From contig NC_043019.1 in assembly GCF_006345805.1 (NCBI RefSeq), forward strand, positions 29,821,360-29,885,359: DNA of 64,000 nucleotides, in the 5' to 3' direction. The translations under genes were made by a program, and so were the position numbers. The notes under the pieces are model-generated. The model made no database searches. It had not been told where the DNA came from and saw only the letters and a list, made by a program, of their open reading frames with translations. Shown here in pieces: positions 39,151 through 50,931 of this stretch (positions are counted from its first letter, which is position 1; the number at the start of each line of letters is the position of its first letter). The DNA is from Octopus sinensis (lineage: Eukaryota).

Positions 39151-39645
39151 GAATGTATATTTGCACACATGCGCGCGCACACACACACATAATACAGCTT
39201 ACTATTTCATCCCTATTTCAAAGAGCCGAGAGTATTGACAATGCGTTGGTAATTGGGAAACATCTGATAGCATTGAAGCTTTGTTCTCATCAGGGGCTGA
39301 CAACCGAATGATGGATGGAAATGCATTCAGTTTCGGGGGGGGGGGAAAGAAAAAGAAGAAAAAAAAATTGAAAGGATGTAAGGAATGATAAAATGAATGC
39401 AATAAATAAATAAATATATAAATAAAAAACAGATAGAAAGCAAGCGAAGAAATGAATAATTGAATGGAGAGAAAGAAATAATAAGCAGTCACTCAAAATC
39501 CAAAATCAAAGAAAAACAACCAGTGTAAACATGAAAATGACAGCTTGACATGCTTTTAATAGAGTTTTATATGTGTGTGTGTGTGGATATATATATATAT
39601 ATATATATATCATCATCATCGTTTCCACACACACACATATATAGA

Positions 39646-39679
<34 letters not shown>

Positions 39680-39692
39680 CATACACATATAT

Positions 39693-39768
<76 letters not shown>

Positions 39769-39952
39769 TATATACATATATATATACACACATATAGATA
39801 TATACATATATGTGCGTGTGTGTGTATATACATATATCTATATATATATACATATATATGTATGTATATAATTATGTATTTGTAGATATATATATATATG
39901 TATGTATATACATATATGTGTGCGTGTGTATATATATATATATATATGTCTG

Positions 39953-39985
<33 letters not shown>

Positions 39986-40920
39986 ACACACACACATGCA
40001 TACATATATATCTTTTATCTTTTACTTGTTTCAGTCATTAGACAGCAGCCATGCTGGGGCATCGGCTTGAATTTTTAGTCAAATTAAGCAACCCAAGTTC
40101 TAATAAAAAACATACATGTGTGTGTGTGTGTATATGTATGCCCGACTTCCTGCCTACTGTCGTCATTTCAACATTCCCTTTTCCATATGTACATGAATCA
40201 GACGTATTTTGTCGAGGCAGATTTTCTACGGCCTGGCGACCTTCCTGTTGCCAACCCTCACCTATGGAACACTGAAAATGAACAACACTGCTTGTATGAC
40301 AGAGATGCTTGTTCATAACCATCACATGATGTCTAAACAAGGATACACACAAACATACACTTACATATACACACACATATATTTTGACAAAGGACCCAGA
40401 TGTCTGGTGCCTTTCTCTACTCAAGAAGACCTGTACTTTGCAGCAGAAATGTTAAGACTGGACTTTCTTGTGGTGCCATGTAAATGCACCCACCACATTC
40501 TGTAAAGTGGTTGGCATTAGGAATGGCATTCAGCTGTAGAAGCCATGCCAAATCAGATTGGTACTTGGTGTAGCTCCACCAGCCTGCCAGCTCTGGTCAA
40601 ATTGTGCAACCCATGCCAGCATGGACAATGGACGATAAATAATGATGGTGATGATGATGATACATACATACAAACACGCAAATTCCATCTGACTCATGCA
40701 AGCATGGAAAAGTGGATGTTAAAACAATGATGACGATGAGGCGCAGGAGTGGCTGTGTGGTAAATAGCTTGCTTACCAACCACATGGTTCCGGGTTCAGT
40801 CCCACTGTGTGGCGCTTTGGGCAAGTGTCTTCTACTATAGCTTTGGGTCAACCAAAGCATTGTGAGTGGATTTGGTAGACAGAAACTGAAAGAAGCCTGT
40901 CGTATAAATGTATATGTGTG

Positions 40921-40954
<34 letters not shown>

Positions 40955-42420
40955 GGTGTGTCTGTGTTTGTCCCCCCAACATCGCTGGTGTGTTTACGTC
41001 CCCGTAACTTAGCGGTTCGGCAAAAGAGACCGATAGAATAAGTACTGGGCTTACAAAGAATAATTCCTGGGGTCGATTTGCTCGACTAAAGGCGGCGCTC
41101 CAGCATGGCCTCAGTCAAATGACTGAAATGAGTAAAAGAGTAAAGAGTATGATGATATATAACTTAGAGTTCAAGATAATTAGTGATTTGCTGGCTCGAG
41201 ACCATGCCAAAGCTGATGTGGGAACCAGAGGCCTCTGGCTGATTACTTCCAGCCAAACCATCCAATCCAAAATATAAATGGTGATAGCAATGTTAAATAT
41301 ATGTGCGTGTGTATACATACTTTTATATATAATACACACACACAACAGGCTTCTTTCAGTTTCTGCCTGCTATAATCCATTTACAAAGCCTTGGTTCACC
41401 TGAAAGGCATAGAAAGTAGATCTTAAAAACTAAAAAGATGATCATCTCATCATCATCATCTAATGTCCGCTTTCCATGCTAGCATGAGTTGGGCGATTTG
41501 ACTGAGGGCTGGCAAACCAGATGGCTGCACCAGGCTTCAATCTGATCTGGCAGAGTTTCTACAGCTGGTTGCCCTTCCTAACACCAACCACTCCAAGAGT
41601 GTAGTGGGTGCTTTTACGTGCCACCTGCACGAGGGCCAGTCAGGTGGTACTGGTAATGGCCACGCTCAAATTATACATTTATGTAACCTGTTCTACCATG
41701 AAAAAAACACACACAAACATTAAGCTTGATGTTTGTGTGTGTGTGTGTATGATGATAATGATGGTACATGTATTCATTCATTTCTATGCATGTATTTTTT
41801 TCATGGTAGAACAGGTTACATAAATGTATAATTTGAGCGTGGCCATTGCCAGTACCACCTGACTGGCCCTCGTGCAGGAGGGTCTAGTCAATTACAATGA
41901 CCTCTGTGTTTAACTGGTACTTATTTTATCACCTGCAAAAGGATGGAAGGCAAATTAACTTCAGCAGGATTTGAACTCAGAATGTAAAGCCAGAAGAAAT
42001 GCTGCTAAGCATTTTGTCAGGAATGCTAACGATTCTGCTAGCTCACTGACTTATCTTAATATTAGCTTTAGCATAAAGTGTTTGGGTGAGGAATGAGGAA
42101 CTAGTGTTATTTCCTCCTTGAATTTCTAAGAATGTCTAAAGATTGTTTCACCTGCTTATTCAAAGTAGGGCAAAGTGTTTGATTATTATTATTTTGAGCA
42201 AAGACATTTGTTTGAAGTATTCTTTTGTTCTTTTATTTGTTTTGGTCATTTGACTGTGGCCATGCTGGAGCACTGCCTTTAGTCGAGCAAATCGACCCCA
42301 GGATTTATTCTTTGTAAGCTTAGTACTTATTCTATCGGTCTCTTTTGCCGAACCGCTAAGTTATGAGGATGCAAACACACCAGCATCGGTTGTCAAGAGA
42401 TGTTGGGGGGACAAACACAG

Positions 42421-42453
<33 letters not shown>

Positions 42454-45400
42454 CGATGGGCTTCTTTCAGTTTCTGTCTACTAAATCCACTCACAAGGCT
42501 TTGGTCAGCCCAAGGCTATAGCAGAAGACACTTGCCCAAGGTGCCATGCAGTGGGACAGAACCCAGAACCATGTGGTTGGTAAGCAAGCTACTTACCACA
42601 CAGACACTCCTAGATTATTAAATAAATGTTATGACCCCCACAATACATGACATTGAAAGAGCTTACCACAATAAAAACTATGAAATCATCAAAGTAGAGT
42701 TGTTAATGCCAGTCTTGTTTAGTCACGACTGAGCAGACTTATGATTAAAGATATTCCAGCTGTAACAATTATGTTGTTTTAAAACTGTATAGGACTACAT
42801 ACTTTGCTTTATGAGTTCAGTAAAGCCAACAATGCAATGGAAAGTGCAGTATATGGGGATCAGACAACAAGTGTAAGCCAGTGTCAATGGTGGTTCCAGA
42901 AATTCTGAGCCAGAAAACTACAGCCTAGAAGACATGCCTCATCCTGGAAGATCTGTAGAGCTTGATGAGGACGTCCTGCAAAACCCGGTAGTACAAAATC
43001 CCATCATAACTGTTGAGGAACTACCAGAGAAGCTTTGGTCATTTAGCCATTCACTGACTACTGCACTAGAAGAAAAACGACCATCCTTGGTTTCAAGATG
43101 AAAAGTGTTCTTCCATCAGGATAATGCTTGGCTACATACAATGAGGATGACATTCCAAAGGCTGGAGCAGTTTGAATGGGAAACAATGTCCCACCCGCTA
43201 TATTCGCCAGACATTGCTCCATCTGATTATCATTTATTCTGCAGTCTTCAAAATCATTTGGATGGAAAAAATCTGAATTCTATAGACAAGGTCAGTATTG
43301 AAGGAGTATTTTTTTGTCATGGACAAGTGAATTTTGGAAGAAGGGCCTTGCAAGTCTATCAGATAAACGGAAGAGCATTGTAGAAAATGAAGGAGAGTAT
43401 ATTTTAGATTAAAAAAGAAGTTAGTTTATCTTAATTTTGAAAAATAAAAGTATGAAAATCCACATTATTTATGGAATGACCCCAATACACGATTCCTGTT
43501 TAAGAGAAAGTAGGGAGATGTCCAAAGAAAAGTTGGCTGCTATATTGAGAGAATGAGTATATAGAAACTCCCTCTCTAGCTTCATTACAGTGCTGATGAT
43601 GTTGATGATGATAGTAAAACGAATGGAGATGCTGCTGTGGATGATGATGATGATGATGTTTGTGAATACAATTCTTTGTTTGAATTGAGAAATGAATGAT
43701 TCCTTGAAGATGTCTTCAGAAATAATGGTTGCCTTACCTTTTTGTATAAGTACCCTTCGTATTGTATTTATGAGTGAAGACTTTCCGACATTTGGTATTC
43801 CTATCACCATCACATTGTATATTGATAACTGAAAGAAACAAGATAGGAGGGGTGAATATATATATATTAGTGTATAATGTAACCATGCTGAACACAATAT
43901 GTAATATAGGCTATATAAAAACACTGACTTTTAAATATGTCTTAACATTAGTTTCAGTAAGGTGTCTTGGGTGAATAATGTAGTCTATACAGTAACAATA
44001 CAGACACTCATTCTATGATTTGTAGAAATATAGTATAATATACATTGAAAAATATCAAACTTTATCTAATACTAGCACTAGCACTATGACCCGGCGTTGC
44101 TGGGTCATAGTGCTAGTGCATGCATATACAGCTGCGTGCGTGCACACATACATGCGAGTACTGTCCAAATCTCCAACCAATCACATACAGCTAGCTGGCA
44201 TTCAATTGGCGTATCAAGTTTCGGGCATTTTGATTGTGTTTTGGATAGAAAATTCACAAAAAAGTCACTTCTATTGATTTTTTAATGGCTTTGGGGGTGA
44301 CTGGGGAAATGTAAAGATGTGCACGACCACCCTTGGACAGTTTTGAATGACCATAGAAAATGCGAGCCCTCTAACTGAAAAATTGTGGATTTGTATAAAG
44401 GACATGCACACACACAGACAGACAGACATTTTGCCGTTTATATATATAGAGATGTAACATAGGATATAGTGTATAACAACACATTGACCTTAACATATAT
44501 CCTAATATTCTTTCTTGTATAGGCACAAGACCTGAAATTTTGTCAGGGAGGGTCTAGTCAATTATAATGACCTCTGTGTTCAACTGGTACTTATTTTATC
44601 ACCTGTAAAAGGATGGAAGGCAAATTAACTTAAGCAGGATTTGAACTCAGAATGTAAAGCCAGAAGAAATGCTGCGAAGCATTTTGTCAGGATTGCTAAC
44701 GATTCTGCTAGCTCACTGACTTACTTTAATATTAGCTTTAGCATAAAGTATTTGGGTGAAGAATGAGGAACTAGTGGTATTTCCTTCAAGAATGCAAAGC
44801 ATGTCTAAGACAGTAAAATGCATGTAAATAACAAATCTTGATTTTCAAGAGGAAACAGCTTGGAAAAGAGTACATACATGCTTATATATACGCTGCTTCA
44901 TTGATGTAGTTCAGCTGGAAGAATTGTTTGAACAGACAAAATGCTTAGTGACATTTCCCTTGGTTTTACATTTTGAGTTCAGATTCTGCTAAGGTCAACT
45001 TTGCTTTTCATCCTTTTGGCGGGGGGGGGGGGGGGGGGGGGGGGGGGTGTCGGGTCAATAAAATAAATACCAGTTGAGCACTGGGATTGAAGTAACTGAA
45101 CCAGACCCCTCTCCCAACAAAAATTTCAGGCCTTATGCCTAAAGTAGAAAGGAATTATGCCGTTCAGAATTTTTAAAATTCCATTTGCTAGATTAAGTAA
45201 CAGGAATGGTACCCCTATGAGGAACTTAGAAGGCATTTACAGTTATTTGCAATGTTTTAACCCTTTAGTGTTTAGATTACTTTGTCAAATTTAATACTTA
45301 TTATTCACATTGTTTTCAATTAATTGTGCCTTGTCTCATAGCTTCAAGATTTTGATGATGTGATTATTTATCTTTAGAATGACATTGCAGGGTAGGTGTG

Positions 45401-48400
45401 AGAGGCTGAATCTCATAAGTTTGAACATAAAACAAGGACAATATTCTGATCAGATATGGCTGGTTTAAACACTAAAGGGTTAAACAAAATTTTATTAATT
45501 CGGTCACCATTAAGGTAAGACATTAGGTTGGGTCAATTTCTACCAACTACTGACAACATCTAACTCAGTATAACCTTCCTTATGGGTGAGCAGTCAGCAA
45601 CTAAACTGCCCATGCATTTTACTGGGTGAGGAGAGTGTGTAGGTATCAAGCAACATGAAGAATAAATGTCTATCAAAGAGCAGAAGAGTGCCTCTCACAA
45701 CTAAACCAATAGCTAACAATGCTTGGCAGGAGACAAATGGCGCCAGACTTAAGAAACTTTTGAGACACACAGTGTTTTATACAACAGTTCTCACTCTGTG
45801 ATTTTAGGTTTTGGATGGATGGTGGATGTTTGTGTTATTAAACTGAAATAGTTACTTACATCTGTCTGTTTATATCTTTCATAGGAATTAATGCTGTTCA
45901 TTATAGTTGGTATCAGCTGGAAAAAAAACAAAAAATAGTTAAATGAAAAAGAGGACATAACACCACTGAGGTTCTTAAGCAGATAAGGCCGAAAATGTCG
46001 CTAGAAGCTGGGATCACCAAGCGTAGATTGGCATATTTCGGTGATATTATGCGGAGAGAATCCCTGGAGAAGGACATCATGCTCGGAATGGTCAGTGGCA
46101 AGAGAGGAAGAGGCCGACCAAGAACCCGCTGGCTTGACACCATCAGGAGTGATACCGGAATGGACATGGCCAGTCTGAAGGAAGCGGCCCAGGATAGAAC
46201 TGACTGGAGGACACTGATCCAACGAGTGACCGAGAGTTGACTTCGACTGAGCGGATAGAGAGAGAGTTGTTTAGCTCAATGTCATTTCTAGCTGAACAGA
46301 TCTATAATCAAAGCTGTTTCAAGCATGATTATCTTGTTTTGTTCTATTTAAATATAATAATCTCAAGGTCTATATCATCCAATTTGTACTTTATCTTTTA
46401 AGGTTGATTTGGCAGGCATTTGTAGTCAGTTGAGCAACCATGTAGAGACTCAGTTGTTGGCTTGAAGAATTACCAATTCTTTTTTTTTCCACTTAAAAGT
46501 GTGGTTGTGTGGTAAGATGTTTGCTTTCCAACTACATGGTTCTGGGTTCAGTTCCATTGTGGGGCATTTTAAGCAAGTGTCTTCTGCTATAGCCCCAGGT
46601 TAGCCAAAGTCTTGTGAGTAGACCTGGTAGATTGAAACTGAAAGAAGCCCTTCATATCTGTCTGTCTATCTATCTATCTATATGCATATATACATACATA
46701 TATGTATGTGCTGGTGGCATGTAAAAAGCACCCGCTACACTCATGGAGTGGTTGGTGTTAGGAAAGGCATCCAGCCGTAGAAACATTGCCAGATCAGACT
46801 GGGCCTGGTGCAGCCTTCTGGCTTCCCAGACCCCAGTTGAACCGTCCAACCCATGCCAGCATGGAAAGCAGATGCTAAACGATGATGATATATATACATA
46901 CACACATATTAGCCCAGATGTTAAACGATGATGATGAAAACATGCTAAAACAGACCTCGTCAGTGCTGGGGTCACATAAAATGCACCAAGTCCATTCTGT
47001 AAACTGGTTGGCGTTAGGAGGATCGCCAAGGCAGACAGTGGACCTTGGCACAGTCCCCAGGCTTACCAGCTCCAGTTAAACTATCCAATTCTTGCCAGCA
47101 CGGAAGATGGTTGTTAAATGATGATGAAGTGTGCTTTATAACCAAGTAGTACAATGTATGGTGTCATTGCATAGCAAATTGAATAAGAGTCTTCTACTGT
47201 AGCTGCAGACTGGTCAATATCTTGTAACTGGAATTTGGTAGACAAAAACTATGTGAATGCCTATTTCACACACACACACACACATATGTATGTTTGTGTT
47301 TACCTGTGTACTGAGTTGTGTCCCTTTAAATGAAAAAGGCTTAATTTAGCCATTTAATAAATAGTGATAAAATTAGTACCAGACTGAAATCATCATCATC
47401 ATCGTTTAATGTCCGTTTTCCATGCTGGCATGGGTTGGACGGTTCGACTGGGGTCTGGGAAGCTATGGAGGCTGCACCAGGCCCCAATCTGATCTGGCAG
47501 TGTTTCTACAGCTGGATGCCCTTCCTAACGCTAACCACTCCAAGAGTGCAGTGGGTGCTTTTTACGTGCCACCAGCACAAGGAGCCAGAGGAGCTGGCAT
47601 CAACCATGATCAGAAGGTGCTTTTTACATGCCACCGGCATGGAAGCCAGTCAAAGCAGCACTGGCATCGGCCATGTTCAGATGGTACTTTTTACGTGCTA
47701 CCGGCACGGGGCTCACAACTACAATTTCCATTTGGTTTGATTTTGATATTGCTGTTGATGTTGAAATAAGTTTTGAAATCAATGATGATCCCAGAGCTAA
47801 GGACGGTGCCTCAGTTTGGTTGCTGATCAATTACTGAAACCAGGAAAAGAATAACTGGGTATACCATTGACCATTACAAATATAATTAGAATCAAACCTT
47901 CCTTAAAACAGGATCTACTGCTTCAAATCATTATCATCATCATTTGACATCCATGATTCCAAGCTTGCATGGCTCAGAAGGAATTTGTTGAGGCGGTTTT
48001 TTTATGGCTGGATACCCTTCCAGTTGTCAACCCTAACCTGTTTCCAAGCAAAGTAATATATCCCCTTGGTCGGACATGTTTTTCCATGTGCTGGTGACAC
48101 ATAAAAGGCACCCATACCAGTGACACGTAAAAGGCACTCATACCGGCGACACATGAAAGGCACCCATACCAGAGACACGTAAAAGGCATCCACTACACTC
48201 AGTGGAGTGGTTGGCCATTAGGAAGAGCATCCAGTTGTAGAAAGCAAGCCAAACCAGACTGGAGCCTGGTACAGTGCTCCAGCTAACCAGTTCCAGTCAA
48301 ACTAGCTAACCCATGCTAGCATGGAAAAGGGAAGCTAAATGATGAAGACAACGATGTTCATTTACAACCATCATAAGATGTCAAGACAAAGGTATGTACA

Positions 48401-50896
48401 CATATATATGATGGGATTCATTTAGTTTTCATCCACCAAATTCACTCACAAGGCTTTTATCAGTCTGAGACTATAATAGTACACACTTGTAGAAGGTGCT
48501 GCAAAGTGGAGCTGAACCCAAAACTGCATGGTTAGGAAGCAAGCTTCTTAGCCACACAACCAAGCCAGCAACTATATATGGAAACAAATTAGACAATATA
48601 GGGATAGATACCCACAGAAAAAAATACAAAAAGTCGTTGCCGGGGATTCCGCAATGGCTAGGGCACCAGGTGAAGGTTATCTGGCACCCATTGTCACTGA
48701 TGTTTGAAAAGAGGATGAGGATTTCACATTCGTTTTCAGTCTTGGGGGGTAGTGATGGGTGAGCTGCTTTAATCTTCTGCAAAGCGGAGAGGCTGTCACG
48801 GACAATTCACACTCTTGAGACCTTCTTCTGTCAGGACTTCTTGAAGGACCTTTTTGATCGCGTTTAGCTCAGATTGGAAGGAGGAGCACCATTTGCCGGT
48901 AGGGATTGCAAAAGGTCGGTGAATCTGGGGATCACTCGGATGGCCGGTGGTGACTATGACGCCTCCACCGCCTGTTGCGTTACCATCTAATGCATAGCCA
49001 TCTGTGTAGATTGTGAGGCCAAAGGTGTTCCACTCCCTTTCTAGCTGTTGCATCACCCACTTCTTGTCCTCGGCCATGTCTCTGGTCTTTCTTCCAATAT
49101 AGTGGCCAATAGAATAAGTCCTGGGTTCATTTTTTCAACTAAAACTTTTTAAGACGATGCTCCAGCATGGTCACAGTCAAATGACTGAAACATGTAGCAG
49201 AATAAAAGAATATGTATGTGTGTGTGTTGCTGTCTCTTTGTCTTGGTTTCACATCATAGTAGTAAATGAGGGTCACCATCATGCAAGAAGTGACCTTCAT
49301 TTCCATGGAAACATGTCTGGCCATGGGGAAATATTACCTTATTTGGAAACAGCTGAGAGTTGGTGACAGGAAAGGTATCCAGCTGTGGAAAACTGCCTCA
49401 GCAAATGAGCATGGAAAAGTGGACATCGAAAAAATATGATGATGAAGATGATGATTGACAAAAAAAAAAAAAAGTGAATAAGGCGCAGGAGTGGCTGTGT
49501 GGTAAGTAGCTTGCTAACCAACCACATGGTTCCAGGTTCAGTCCCACTGCGTGGAATCTTGGGCAAGTGCCTTCTGCTATAGCCTTGGGCCGACCAATGC
49601 CTTGTGAGTGGATTTGGTAGACGGAAACTGAAAGAAGCCTGTCGTATATCTGTATATATGTGTATGTGTGTGTGTGTGTTTGTCCCCCTAGCATTGCTTG
49701 ACAACTGGTGCTGGTGTGTTTACGTCCCCGTCACTTAGCGGTTTGGCAAAAGAAACTGATACAATAAGTACTGGGCTTACAAAGAATAAGTCCCGGGGTT
49801 GATTTGCTCGACTAAAGGCGGTGCTCCAGCATGGCAGCAGTCAAATGACTGAAACAAGTAAAAGAGAGTAACAAGTAGATATTCAGTAAAAAACTGGATA
49901 CAAACATCTTTCTTTATCACAGAAGGAAACTGTTCCTTGCAGTTGATCCACATCAATTCTTTTATGCCTTGTTGCTTTAACATGTGTTCAACATCATCTT
50001 TAAAACTCATGTCACACAGGTCAGCTTTGTTCAAAAGTAACACATGTGGTCTGGCAGCGAGGATTCCAGAAAACTTGGGGTTCTGCCCTGACAATGGAAT
50101 CTGTTCAAATGTTAAGGGAACATATACAAAGCAAGCATAAATCATCATCATCATTTAGCATCTATTAAATATATGCATGCATATATACACATACAGATAT
50201 ACATCTCTCTCTCTATTCATTAATATGTATATACTAGCAGTATTGCCCAGTGTTGCTCGGGTTTGTAAGGGAAATAACTATATAAGCATTTTTAGAGAGT
50301 TATAGCCAAAAAATAGCAAAAAAATGATGGTAAATTTTTAAAAAATCGTTGACTCATCGTAGACATTTTTAGAGAGTTACTTCCCTTATATAATAGCGAA
50401 AAAAATGAATTAAAATGGAAAAAAATGATGGTAAATTTTTTTTAAAATCGTAGACTCATCGTAGACGCGCGTTAATACCCAGAAGGGCTCGATATGAATC
50501 ACGACTATAAGATACCCGGTTTTGGTTAAACTGCACCGTAAAATGTGGGAGTAGTTAGGAATCTAAATCGTAGGAGACAGACACACAACTTGACTTTTAT
50601 ATATAAAGATATATATAAACAATTTCAGCGTAGGTGTTTATAAGCCATTTAAGAAACACACAAAACCCATTAGATTCCCTTCAACATTTAAATTTACTTT
50701 GTCAAATTATTTTCGTCGCTTTGAGACCGCAACCTGTTCACTGACAAAATTCCGTGCTGCATTAAATTAAATTTAAAGTGAATCTAACGATTTTTGTGTG
50801 TTTATTAAATGGCTTATAAACACCTTCCATGCTGCAATTGCTTTCGTTCCAGCACACGATCTCAGATCAGGTCACTTGCTATGCAAGTACATCTCC

Positions 50897-50931
<35 letters not shown>

